DNA of 64,000 bases from Dehalococcoidia bacterium (GTDB lineage: Bacteria; Chloroflexota; Dehalococcoidia; Bin125), in contig CAXXNO010000004.1 of the NCBI GenBank assembly GCA_963663235.2, positions 192,001-256,000 of the forward strand, written 5' to 3'. Position numbers and translations under genes: made by a program. Shown piece by piece: positions 19,524-29,109 of this stretch (within the stretch, counting starts at the first letter, position 1; each line of letters opens with the position of its first letter). Below the pieces are notes generated by a model. It was not told the DNA's origin, did no database searches, and worked only from the letters and a program-made list of their open reading frames with translations.

Positions 19524-19973
19524 ATGGGATTCCTCGACTCCATCCGCATCAGCGCCTCCGCCCTGACGGCGCAACGATTGCGCATGGACGTGACGGCCAA
19601 CAACGTGGCCAACATGGAAAGCACGCGGGGGCCGGAGGGCGGGCGGTTCCGCCGGCAGATGGTGACGTTCCGCGCGCTGCCGGCCGGCCCTTCCACATTC
19701 GCGGCGCTGTTCAACCGGCGGACGGGGGCCACGCCGCCGACCGCGGGAGTGGGCGTCGACCGGATCCTGACCGACAACAGCCCCGGACGCCTCGTCTTCG
19801 ACCCGAGGCACCCGGACGCCGACGACGACGGCTTTGTGGAGATGCCGAACGTAAACCTCGTCGTCGAGATGACCGACATGGTCGCGGCCACGCGGGCATA
19901 CGAAGCAAACGTCACGGTACTCAATGCCGCCAAGAGCATGGCGATGCGAGCGATCGAGATCGCCCGACGCTAA
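19524..19973 (+). CDS. flgC: Basal-body rod protein FlgC
   Basis: LTAQRLRMDV.ANNVAN, DP.HPDA...G.V.MPNVN, RAYEAN. Confidence 0.97.
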   Translation: MGFLDSIRISASALTAQRLRMDVTANNVANMESTRGPEGGRFRRQMVTFRALPAGPSTFAALFNRRTGATPPTAGVGVDRILTDNSPGRLVFDPRHPDADDDGFVEMPNVNLVVEMTDMVAATRAYEANVTVLNAAKSMAMRAIEIARR

Positions 19974-19984
19974 AGGAAGGCGCG

Positions 19985-20284
19985 ATGGATATCCCCAAGA
20001 TCGGAAGCCAAGGCGACAGCCTGCAGATCGGCAGCGGGCCGGTGAAGGCGCCAACCGGATCGGGCGGCGGCTTTGCCGACGTCCTGGAGGGCTTGGCGAG
20101 CAACCTGGAGAGCGCCCAAGCGAAGGCCGACGTCGCGATGGAAGCGATTGCGCTGGGAGAAGACGTGGACCTCCACGACGTGGTCATCGCCACGGAAGTG
20201 GAAGCGCTCTCCATCCAATTGGCGCTGCAAACCCGCAACCGGCTGGTAGAGACCTTCAACACCGTCTTCAACATGCAAGTCTAG
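19985..20284 (+). CDS. fliE: Hook-basal body protein FliE
   Basis: DLHDVVIA...RNRLVE.F...NMQV. Confidence 0.93.
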   Translation: MDIPKIGSQGDSLQIGSGPVKAPTGSGGGFADVLEGLASNLESAQAKADVAMEAIALGEDVDLHDVVIATEVEALSIQLALQTRNRLVETFNTVFNMQV

Positions 20285-20309
20285 CACAACGAGAGAGATT
20301 GGAGGAGCG

Positions 20310-21980
20310 ATGACCGTTCCAGCACCGCCGCCCGCCCGTGTGACGCCGGTACCAACGCCGGGGCCCGGAGCCGATCGACCGATGGCCGACGGCCTGGCGA
20401 GCAAGTTCCCGGCGGCACTCGCGTCGGCGGAGACGGAGCAGCCACTCGTGCCCGACGCGGCCGCCACGCCGGGCGCTGCCAGGGACGCAGCCGCGAGCGC
20501 GAACCCGCCCGCAGGGAAAGAGGCCGGACCCGATCCACCTCTCGTGCCGACCGAAGAGCGCGCAGCGGGGCTGCTGGACCACTCGGTGGAGGCGCCTCGC
20601 GAAGCCGGAGCGATCGCGATCAAGTCGATCCCCCTGCCGACGCCGATAGGGACGGCCGCCGTCGACGAATCGACGGAGCCGGAGAAGGGATCGAGCGCGA
20701 CGGGGGCGGCCCGGCCGCCGGCCAACGCCGGCGGCGATGGCCCGGTAGGGCCCAACGGCAACGGCCCGCCCGGCCCCGACGGCAACGGCCCGCCCGGCCC
20801 CGACGGCAACGGCCCGCCCGGCCTCGACGGCAACGGCCCGCCCGGCCTCGACGGCAATGGCCCGCCCGGCCTCGACGGTGACGGCCCGCCAGGTCTGTTG
20901 CGTGAGGAGAGCCACAACCGCGCGAATATCGACCCCATCGCTGCGGGCATCGCGCCCGTGGGTCCGAACGGCAAGGGAGCCGTGACGCCGGCCGGCAGCG
21001 CCGCGCCCGGCCCGGCAGCGGGCCGGGCCCTCCCGTCGCAAGGCGGCGACGCGGGCGGGCGAGCGGGCGCGGGGCAAGCCGCGTCCGGGGCGGAGCAGCA
21101 GAGAGCATCGAGTGCGAAGCCTGTAGCGGGTACGCAGCCGCAGGGCACGCTGGAGAGCGGGCCGCGCGCGGTCGACGGGCCCGCGCGCGGCGAGGGTTCG
21201 GGGGGCGACGCCGCGCTCCCAACTCAGCCGGCCGCGAAGTCAAGCGAGAGCGCAGCGCCCACACCGCGACCCGAGAGCAGCGGGCCGAGCCTGCCGACGA
21301 GGCAGCCCGGATCCGCCGATCGAAGCGGAGCAGCGAGCCTCGAGACGGGTGTGCGGGGCGAGGACGACGGCAGCGAGGCGGCGCGAGCGAGCGTCGGGCC
21401 GCGCACGCGCGCTGACTCTCAAGGAACCGTAGAACGCGAAGCCACGGAGTCGACGGCCCCTGCGGCGCCGCATCGAGGCGGGGGCGAAGCGACGGTGCAG
21501 GCGGGAGCGGCGGCGCCGCTGAACGGCCCACCCGAGGGAGCGGCAGGCACGACAGCCGTGGCCGCGCCGCAGCGGCCGCCGCCGACCCCACCGCTTGCGG
21601 AGCAGATCGTGACATCGGTGCGGCTGCTGCGAGCGGAAGGCCGCGACGAGATCCGGATCCGCCTGGATCCGCCCGAGCTGGGCACCCTGCGTATCCGCGT
21701 GATCGACGCGGAGGGAGGACTGTCCGTGCAGATGCGCGCGGAGCAGGCCGCCGCCTTTGAAGCGATCCAAAAGGCGCTGCAGCAGGCGCAGGTCCCGTCG
21801 CACGAGCTGGATGTCACGCAGGGTGACGGGTGGGACTTCCAAGCGGGCCAGCCGCACCAAGACAGCGGCGACCGTTCGGCTCCCGAAGGAGGCGGCGCGG
21901 CGCCGGACGCGGAGAGCGGGAGCGCGCCCGCCGCCGAAAGCGACCCGCGAGGCGGGAGCCTGGTGGACTACCGAGCGTAG
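20310..21980 (+). CDS. fliK: Hook-length control protein FliK
   Basis: Long low-complexity N-terminus; C-terminal IRLDPPELG.LRI; upstream of flgD. Confidence 0.88.
   Translation: MTVPAPPPARVTPVPTPGPGADRPMADGLASKFPAALASAETEQPLVPDAAATPGAARDAAASANPPAGKEAGPDPPLVPTEERAAGLLDHSVEAPREAGAIAIKSIPLPTPIGTAAVDESTEPEKGSSATGAARPPANAGGDGPVGPNGNGPPGPDGNGPPGPDGNGPPGLDGNGPPGLDGNGPPGLDGDGPPGLLREESHNRANIDPIAAGIAPVGPNGKGAVTPAGSAAPGPAAGRALPSQGGDAGGRAGAGQAASGAEQQRASSAKPVAGTQPQGTLESGPRAVDGPARGEGSGGDAALPTQPAAKSSESAAPTPRPESSGPSLPTRQPGSADRSGAASLETGVRGEDDGSEAARASVGPRTRADSQGTVEREATESTAPAAPHRGGGEATVQAGAAAPLNGPPEGAAGTTAVAAPQRPPPTPPLAEQIVTSVRLLRAEGRDEIRIRLDPPELGTLRIRVIDAEGGLSVQMRAEQAAAFEAIQKALQQAQVPSHELDVTQGDGWDFQAGQPHQDSGDRSAPEGGGAAPDAESGSAPAAESDPRGGSLVDYRA
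20733..20900 (+). repeat. 24-bp tandem repeat x7 (GNGPPG[P/L]D) inside fliK
   Basis: Units of ggcaacggcccgcccggcc(c/t)cgac with degenerate first and last copies. Confidence 0.92.
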
Positions 21981-22005
21981 GTGCGGGGCTAGAAAGAAGG
22001 AGCGA

Positions 22006-22418
22006 ATGGAAATCTTACCGATCGGCGCGCAGTTCGAGCCCAACGCGGGGCAGCAATCGCTCGGCGATGCATCGACCCTGGGGCAAGAGGACTTCCTGCA
22101 AGTGCTGGTGGCGCAACTGCGCAACCAGAACCCTCTTGAGCCGCAGAGCGACAGTGATTTCTTCGCGCAGATCGCGCTGTTCGAGCAGTTGGCATCGCTC
22201 AACCGGATCGATGGGCGCTGCGCACGTTCGTGGAGCGATCGCGCATCGGACAAGCGAGCGGCCTGCTGGGCCGGGAGATCCTGGCGATAGCGGGAACGGA
22301 GGCTGAGCCGATCACCGGGATCGTCGAGGGCGTGGAGATCCACGAGGGTGTGCCGATGCTGCGCGTCGGCGACACGATCATCGACGTCGACAGTGTGATC
22401 GCCGTGGGCTTGGCCTAG
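22006..22418 (+). CDS. flgD: Hook capping protein FlgD; one G missing at 22213-22215 (frameshift)
   Basis: LGQEDFLQVLVAQLRNQNPLEP; QASGLLGREI...GIVEGV continues in another frame. Confidence 0.92.
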
Positions 22419-22438
22419 CGGAGGAGGGAGAGTCCAGG

Positions 22439-22825
22439 GTGGATCGCATCGACAGCAACTCTCTCGGGCGGATCGGGCCGTCCCCGACGGGGGGCGCCGC
22501 CGGCAGTGCAACCGGCGCCGACGCGGACGTGGCGTTCGCGGAGGTGCTGCGCCGGGAGGCGGCGTCGCAGGACGGCGTGCGCTTCTCCAAGCACGCCCGG
22601 GAGCGACTGGACCGGCGTGACATCCAGCTCACGCCGACGCATCTCACACGGCTCCACAACGCCGTCGCGCGGGCACAGGCGCGCGGCGCGCGGGAGTCCC
22701 TTGTCCTCATGGATGACCTCGCGTTGATCGTGAGCATCCGCAACCGGACCGTGATCACCGCGACCACGGCGCCGAGCCGACAGGAGAACGTCTTCACGAA
22801 CATCGACAGCGCGGTTATCGCCTGA
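22439..22825 (+). CDS. Flagellar operon protein (TIGR02530-like)
   Basis: FSKHA.ERL..R.I, ESLVLMD, NRTVITA, NVFTNIDSAVI; between flgD and flgE. Confidence 0.88.
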   Translation: MDRIDSNSLGRIGPSPTGGAAGSATGADADVAFAEVLRREAASQDGVRFSKHARERLDRRDIQLTPTHLTRLHNAVARAQARGARESLVLMDDLALIVSIRNRTVITATTAPSRQENVFTNIDSAVIA

Positions 22826-22914
22826 GAGCCAACCACGCGGGGCCGGACCTCTAGGAGGGAGCCCCGCCGTCGCGCCCCCGAGGAGCGCGGCGCCACCAGA
22901 GAGGATCACGACCC

Positions 22915-24393
22915 ATGACCATGCGAGCGCTTTTCTCCGCCATTTCCGGCTTGCGCAACCACATCACCTTCATGGATGTGGTGGGGAACAACATTGCCAA
23001 CGTGAACACCATCGCCTTCAAGTCGAATCGGGTGTCGTTCCAGGACGTCCTGGGGCAGACCCTCCGCGGCGCCGCCGCGCCGCAGGCCAGTGTGGGCGGG
23101 ACGGATCCGGTGCAGATCGGGCTGGGGATGCAGCTGGGCGGCGTGCGGACGATACACACCCAGGGCTCGTTGCAATCAACGGGGAAGGCCACGGACTTCG
23201 CCATCCAGGGAGACGGCTTCTTCCTGGTGAGCGATAGCGCGCGCACGTACTACACCCGGGACGGATCGTTTGACGTGTCCGTGAACGGCGATCTGGTGAG
23301 TCCGATCAGCGGCCTGAAGGTGCTGGGCTGGGCCGCGAACCAGAGCGGGATCGTGGACACGACCATCGTGCCGGCGCCGATCTCGATTCCATTCGGCACG
23401 CAGATCGCCGCCAAAGCCACGACCACGGTGGGTCTGACCGGCAACGTGGACGCCAACCACAGCGTCGGCCAGGCGTTCAGCACCACGGCCACGATGATCG
23501 ACTCGCTGGGGGTGGAACACCCCGTGAAGATGGCGCTGACGAAGAAGGCGTCCAACCAGTGGACGGTCACCACCTCGGCCGATGCCACGGCCACGCTGCA
23601 GGGCGGCGGCACGGGGTCGGTGGACACCGTCACCGGGACGCCAACGCAGGAGATCCGGCCCGGCAGCTGGAGCATCATCTCAGACGTGGGCGGGAACCTG
23701 ACGGCCGTCTTCACCCCCACGGGTGGCTCGGCGGAGCCGGCGGTGGTGGGCACGATCACCGCGAGCGGGACCAATACCACGCTGATCCCGGGCTTGACGC
23801 TGACAAACGGGGGTGTGCTGCAAGCGGGCACCGACCAGATCGACATCGCCGGTGGCACGGACGTCAACTTTTCATCAACCGGGCAGTACCTGGCGACGAA
23901 CCCGGCGATCTCGATAAACCTCACGGTGACCACGGGCGCCAATACCCCGCTGAACGTGACGCTGAACCTCACTGGGGTGACCCAGTTCGCCGACTCGGGT
24001 CAGATCGTCGCAGGCTCGAACGACGGGCAGGCCGCCGACTCGCTCGTGTCGTTCGCCGTCGGCTCGAGCGGCAATGTATCAGGCATCTTCTCCAACGGGT
24101 CCAATCAATCGCTGGGGCAGATTGCGCTGGCGCTGTTCACCAACCCGGCAGGGCTGGCGAAGGAAGGCAACAACCTCTTCGGGCTCAGCGCCAACTCGGG
24201 CGATCCGATCGTGGGGCTGCCGGGTACCAACGGCCGCGGTGTGGTGACTCCGGGCGCGCTGGAGGGCTCCAACAGCGACCTGGCGCAAGAGTTCACCAGC
24301 GTGATCATGGCGCAGCGCGGCTTTCAGGCCAGCGCCCGCGTGATCACCGCGGCGGACGAGATGTTGCAGGACCTGGTGAACATCAAGCGGTAA
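22915..24393 (+). CDS. flgE: Flagellar hook protein FlgE
   Basis: MDVVGNNIANVNT.AFK, AIQGDGFF, YTRDGSF, LEGSNSDLAQEF, QRGFQAS. Confidence 0.96.
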   Translation: MTMRALFSAISGLRNHITFMDVVGNNIANVNTIAFKSNRVSFQDVLGQTLRGAAAPQASVGGTDPVQIGLGMQLGGVRTIHTQGSLQSTGKATDFAIQGDGFFLVSDSARTYYTRDGSFDVSVNGDLVSPISGLKVLGWAANQSGIVDTTIVPAPISIPFGTQIAAKATTTVGLTGNVDANHSVGQAFSTTATMIDSLGVEHPVKMALTKKASNQWTVTTSADATATLQGGGTGSVDTVTGTPTQEIRPGSWSIISDVGGNLTAVFTPTGGSAEPAVVGTITASGTNTTLIPGLTLTNGGVLQAGTDQIDIAGGTDVNFSSTGQYLATNPAISINLTVTTGANTPLNVTLNLTGVTQFADSGQIVAGSNDGQAADSLVSFAVGSSGNVSGIFSNGSNQSLGQIALALFTNPAGLAKEGNNLFGLSANSGDPIVGLPGTNGRGVVTPGALEGSNSDLAQEFTSVIMAQRGFQASARVITAADEMLQDLVNIKR

Positions 24394-24463
24394 GGGCTTG
24401 TCGGGGGGCGGGCCGCGCGGCCCGTCCCCCGACGGAGGCCGGAGAGGGAACGAAAGCATCAGG

Positions 24464-25778
24464 ATGGGACGCCGAGTCGAGCTAGAGGAAACCGCCGCAG
24501 CGCGCGCCGCGTTCGGCGCGAGCCATGAGCAGGGGGCGATGATCGTCCGCGAGGGCGAGGGGGAGAGCGGCCTGTACGTCGTCTTGAGCGGCCGGGTGGT
24601 GCTGTCACGCGGGCGGCAAGGCGCGCACAAGAACCAACCGCTGCGCATCATTGGGGCGGGGGAGATGTTCGGGCTGGTCGCCGCCCTCACCGATGCGCCG
24701 TCCGACGTCACAGCGCGGGCAGTGGAGGCGGTGGAGATCCTGCACGTCCCGCGAGAGCGCCTGGCGGAGCTGTTCCGAATGGAGCCGGACATCGGGCTGA
24801 CCGTGGCGCGGGAGCTGGCGGAGCGGCTGTGGGCCAGCGAGGGCGGTGCGGAAGCGGCGGCGGCGGCAACGGACCAGGCGGAGCGAAGCGGGCGGCGGGC
24901 GCCCGTCGATCCGGGCGGCGTGGCGGCGGCGGCAACGGACCAGGCGGAGCGAAGCGGGCGGCGGGCGCCCGTCGATCCGGGCGGCGCGGCGGCGGCGGTC
25001 CGACGAGGGAGCGCGGCGGGCTCGAGCGCCGACGGCGGAGACGCAGCCGAAGGCCACCGGGCGGGTTCCGGAGGAGAGCAGACGCCGGACGCCTTCTATC
25101 AGGAAGCGGTGCACTGTCCGGTCTGCGAGAGCGACTTCGAGGCGCGGCGCGTCCGTTCAAGCGCCGTCCGCCCGGTGCGGCGCGACAGCGACTTCCGCAC
25201 CGTCTACGAGGGCGTGAACCCGACCCACTACGCCGTGACCATCTGCCTCCAGTGCCGCTACGCCGCCTTCGCGGACGGCTGGGCCGGGGCTGAGCGACGA
25301 GGAACGCCGCCACCTGCAAGCGGACAGCGAAGGGCGTGAGGAGGCCGCGGGCGGGATCGAATTCGCAGGAGAGCGGGATGCGGAGGCGGCGTCGATCGCG
25401 TACCGGCTGGCGCTGCGCTGCTACGACCTGCGCGAGGCGGATGCGCGGCGTCGCGCCGGGATCCTCCAGCGGTTGGGCTGGATCGCGCGCGAGCAGGCGG
25501 ACGATGAGAGTGAACAGCGGTACCTGGCATTGGCGCGCGACGACTACCTGCAGGCGTTCCAGCGCGACGATCGGGTCAGCGAGGACGCCGCCGTCACGTT
25601 GAGCTACCTCGTGGGGGACCTGTCGCTCCGGCTCGGCCTGATCGATGAGGCGATGCGGTGGTTTGACGCCACGCTGCAGATGGAGCGCGCCAAAGGCCAC
25701 CCGGAGATCATCCGGCGGACGCGGGACCGCTGGGGGGAGGCGCGGGATCTGGCCCGCGCCAAGCGCGCGGCACCCTAG
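24464..25778 (+). CDS. cNMP-binding domain fused to DUF2225-like (CxxC/CxxC plus TPR-like) domain; extra G at 25286-25289
   Basis: IVREGE..GLYVVLSGRV...GEMFG; CPVC...RDSDF..Y.GVNP..Y.V..C..C.YA; LGWIARE...YLVGDL..RLG in shifted frame. Confidence 0.75.
24854..24997 (+). repeat. 66-bp tandem duplication in interdomain linker
   Basis: AAAATDQAERSGRRAPVDPGG occurs twice with near-identical DNA. Confidence 0.9.
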
Positions 25779-26425
25779 CCCAGGGAGACCGGCAGCGGCG
25801 GCGGCAGAGCGAACTCTTGCGCGAACGCCCGCACCAGGCGGTCGCGCACGCCGGCCATGGGCGGGGCGACGGGCAGGTGCTGCGCCATGGACGCGGCCGG
25901 GGCATCGGAGCGGCCGCAGGGCGCGATCAGCGCCCAGTGCGCCATGTCTGGATCGACGTTCAGCGCCAGGCCGTGGATCGTGACCCAGCGCGACACATGC
26001 ACGCCGACAGAGGCGATCTTGCCGCAGGCGGTGAAGACGCCGTGCTGGTCCGGGTCACGCCAGGCATCGATGCCGCACTCCGCCAGCAAGCGGATGACAG
26101 TCCCTTCCAGGCGCTGGACGTACCAGCGCAGGTCGGTATCGAAGCGCCGCAGATCGAGGATGGGATAGGCGACGAGCTGACCGGGGCCGTGGTAGGTGAC
26201 GTTGCCGCCCCGCTCGGTGTGCACGACGTCGATGCCGGCGCGGGCCAGCGCGTGCGGAGCGAGGATGCCGCCGCGGTCCCCGCGTCGTCCCAGCGTGACC
26301 ACGGGATCATGCTCCACCAGGAGGAGGGTGTCGGGGGCGGCGCCTGTGCGCACGGCGTCGCGGGTGGCGTGCTGGAGCGCCAGCACCTCGGCGTAGGGCA
26401 TGCGACCTAGATCCCGCACCAGCAC
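25775..26425 (-). CDS. lipB: Lipoyl(octanoyl) transferase LipB
   Basis: EHDPVVTLG, RGGNVTYHGPGQ, KIASVG, HGLALN, PCG. Confidence 0.95.
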   Translation of the reverse strand: MLVRDLGRMPYAEVLALQHATRDAVRTGAAPDTLLLVEHDPVVTLGRRGDRGGILAPHALARAGIDVVHTERGGNVTYHGPGQLVAYPILDLRRFDTDLRWYVQRLEGTVIRLLAECGIDAWRDPDQHGVFTACGKIASVGVHVSRWVTIHGLALNVDPDMAHWALIAPCGRSDAPAASMAQHLPVAPPMAGVRDRLVRAFAQEFALPPPLPVSLG

Positions 26426-26449
26426 GCAGCGCCTCCTCCAGGCGGATGG

Positions 26450-27853
26450 CTAGATATGGATGGCGCGACCGTGCGAGGCCATCGCCGCCTCGGCCAGCGC
26501 CTCCGCCAGGGTGGGGTGCGCGTGCACGGCATGGAAAAGCGACTCGGCGGTCGCCTCCAGGCTGAGCGCGGCCGAGGCCTCGGCGATGAGCTCAGTGGCG
26601 TGCGCGCCGATGATGTGCACGCCCAGGACTTCGTCGTACTGCTTGTCGCTCACGATCTTCACGAAGCCGCGCGTGTCGTTGAGGATTTTCGCCTTGCCGA
26701 TGGCGGAGAAGGGGAAGGAGCCCACGGCGACATCGTGTCCGCGGCGGCGCGCCTCCTCCTCGGAGAGGCCGACGGAGGCGACCTCGGGGGCGCAGTAGGT
26801 GCAGGAGGGGACCTTGTCGTAGTTGAGCGGTTGCGGCGGGCTGCCAGCGGCGTGCTCCGCGGCCACGATTCCCTCGTGCGAGGCGACGTGGGCCAGCATG
26901 GGCGTGTTGACAATGTCGCCGATGGCGTAGATTCCCGGCTGGGCGGTCTGCATCATCTCGTCGACCTCGACGAAGCCGTCTTTCAGACGGACGCCGGCGC
27001 CGTCGAGGCCGAGGTCGTCCGTGCGGGGCGCGCGGCCCACGGCAACCAGCAGCGTCTCCGCCGCCAGGCCCAGCGGCTCGCCGTCCGTCGACGCGGTGAT
27101 GCGCACGCCGTCGCCGTCCAAGTCCACCTCCTCGACGCGGGTGTTGGTGTGGACGGCGATCTTGCGGGCGCGGAAGGCTTTTTCCAGCTCCGCGCCGAGA
27201 TCGGCGTCCTCCAGGGGCAACAAGCGGGGCAGCAACTCCACGAGCGTGACCTGCGCGCCGAAGGAGGCGTAGATCGAGGCGAACTCGACGCCCACGGCGC
27301 CCGCGCCCAGCACCACGATGGAGGCGGGCAGGCGCGCCATGGCGACGGCGTCGTCAGAGCTGATGATGCGGTCGCCGTCGAACTCGATGCCGGGCAGCGC
27401 GCGGACGGTCGAGCCCGTGGCGAGGACGATGGCGCGGGTCTCGATGATGGCCGGCGGGGCGTCGGGGCGAGTGACCTCCACCCGGCCCGGCGCGGCGACG
27501 CGCCCGCGGCCGGCGAAGGCCGTGATGCCGTTTTTCTTCAAGAGGTACTGGATCCCCTTGGCGTTGGACTGCACGATCCGCTCTTTGTACGCGTTCAACG
27601 AGGGGAGATCGACATCGGCGCTGGGGATGGTGACGCCGAAGCGGGCGGCCTCATGCGCGCCATCCAGGGTCTCGGCGGCCTGCAGCAGCGCCTTGGTGGG
27701 GATGCAGCCCGAGTGGAGGCAGGTGCCGCCGGGGAGCGGGGCCATCTCCACTACGGCCGCCCGCAGCCCCAGTTGCGCGGCGCGAATGGCCGCCACGTAC
27801 CCGCCCGGCCCGCTGCCGATCACCGTGAAGTCGAAGGCGCCGTCGGAGGTCAC
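26450..27853 (-). CDS. lpdA: Dihydrolipoyl dehydrogenase (E3)
   Basis: GSGPGGY, GGTCLHSGCIPTK, HAHPTLAE. Confidence 0.97.
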   Translation of the reverse strand: MTSDGAFDFTVIGSGPGGYVAAIRAAQLGLRAAVVEMAPLPGGTCLHSGCIPTKALLQAAETLDGAHEAARFGVTIPSADVDLPSLNAYKERIVQSNAKGIQYLLKKNGITAFAGRGRVAAPGRVEVTRPDAPPAIIETRAIVLATGSTVRALPGIEFDGDRIISSDDAVAMARLPASIVVLGAGAVGVEFASIYASFGAQVTLVELLPRLLPLEDADLGAELEKAFRARKIAVHTNTRVEEVDLDGDGVRITASTDGEPLGLAAETLLVAVGRAPRTDDLGLDGAGVRLKDGFVEVDEMMQTAQPGIYAIGDIVNTPMLAHVASHEGIVAAEHAAGSPPQPLNYDKVPSCTYCAPEVASVGLSEEEARRRGHDVAVGSFPFSAIGKAKILNDTRGFVKIVSDKQYDEVLGVHIIGAHATELIAEASAALSLEATAESLFHAVHAHPTLAEALAEAAMASHGRAIHI

Positions 27854-29079
27854 GCAGGCCTCCCAGCCGGCGCGCCGCCATCGAGGAGGAGCAGGGAGGG
27901 GCGCTCAAGATAGCGTCGCACGATCCGCAGGAACTCCGCCGCCGGCGCGCCGTCAAGGATGCGGTGATCGATCGTCAGGCTGAGGGCCATGAACGAGCGC
28001 CGCTCGATCTGCGTGCCCGTCTCTCCCACGAACACCGGGCGATCCGCCACCCGTCCCACACCCAGGATGGCGGCCTGGGGCGGATTGATGATGGGCGTAA
28101 AGGCGTCGATGTCGAGCATGCCGAGGGCGGTCACGGTGAACGTGCCGCCGGTGACATCGTCGGGCGAGAGACCGCCCTCGCGCGCCTTGCGCGACAACTC
28201 CCCAGACTCCAGCGCGATCTCGCGCAGCGACTTGGTGTCGGCGTTGGGGATCACGGGAGCGATCAGCCCCTCGTCCAGGGACACGGCAAAGGCGACGTGG
28301 ACGGCCGACTGCACGCGGACCACGTCGCCATCGAGGGTGACGTTGACGCGGGGAAAGTCGCGGAGGGACAGCGCCACCGCGCGGATCACCATATGGGTGT
28401 AGGTGACGCGCAGCCCTTGCCCCTCCCAGGCTTCCAGCAGATCGCGGCGGAGCCTGATGGCGTCCGTCATATCGGCTTCCGTGACCAGCGTGAGCTGCGC
28501 CATGTCCTGCAGCGAATCGTGCATGCGCTGGCCGACGGTGCGTCGCATCCCGCGGTAGGGGATGGCGCCCTCAAGCGGAGCAGCGGCGGGCTGCGGAGCG
28601 GCGGCGGCCTTCTCCACGTCCTCGACCACGATGCGGCCGCCGGGGCCGGAGCCCTGGACCGAGGCGATATCGACGCCGCGCTCGGCCGCGATCCGCTTGG
28701 CGGCGGGTGAAGCCTTGACCCGCTCGCCCGGGGCCGCAGGCTTGGGCTGAGAGGGCGCGGGCCTTGCATCGGCGGCTTTGGGGGCATCGACGGCTTTGGG
28801 GGCGGCCGGAGCAGGGGCAGCGGACGCTTCGGGGGGCGATTCGCCCGGATCGAGGATGTAGCCGGTGACGGCGCCGGCGTCGAGCGTGGAGTCCACGGAG
28901 GCGACGATGCTCAGGATGCCAGCCGCCTCCGCGGCGACGTCGTAGTTCACCTTCTCCGTCTCGAACGAGAAGAGCGGCTGGCCCAGCTCGACCGTATCGC
29001 CGTCGTCAACGAACCACTCGGTGACGGTGCCTTCGACCATTGTCATGCCCTGCTTGGGCAGCACGACCGTGAACGCCAT
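27850..29079 (-). CDS. Dihydrolipoamide acyltransferase (E2)
   Basis: Lipoyl ETEKV, E3-binding GSGPGGRI..EDV, catalytic DHRILDG. Confidence 0.95.
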   Translation of the reverse strand: MAFTVVLPKQGMTMVEGTVTEWFVDDGDTVELGQPLFSFETEKVNYDVAAEAAGILSIVASVDSTLDAGAVTGYILDPGESPPEASAAPAPAAPKAVDAPKAADARPAPSQPKPAAPGERVKASPAAKRIAAERGVDIASVQGSGPGGRIVVEDVEKAAAAPQPAAAPLEGAIPYRGMRRTVGQRMHDSLQDMAQLTLVTEADMTDAIRLRRDLLEAWEGQGLRVTYTHMVIRAVALSLRDFPRVNVTLDGDVVRVQSAVHVAFAVSLDEGLIAPVIPNADTKSLREIALESGELSRKAREGGLSPDDVTGGTFTVTALGMLDIDAFTPIINPPQAAILGVGRVADRPVFVGETGTQIERRSFMALSLTIDHRILDGAPAAEFLRIVRRYLERPSLLLLDGGAPAGRPA

Positions 29080-29109
29080 CTGTGTTCCCTCCTCAGAAGC
29101 TGGGGCGCG

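Noticed and set aside
25290-25340. UGA read-through as selenocysteine, given selC in the window
   Set aside because: The break is explained by a one-base indel and the TGA does not align to a Cys position; I found no convincing selenoprotein in the window.
1-25778. Flagella in a probable Chloroflexota genome as a novelty in itself
   Set aside because: Flagellar clusters are already known in some Chloroflexota, and the taxon is only inferred.
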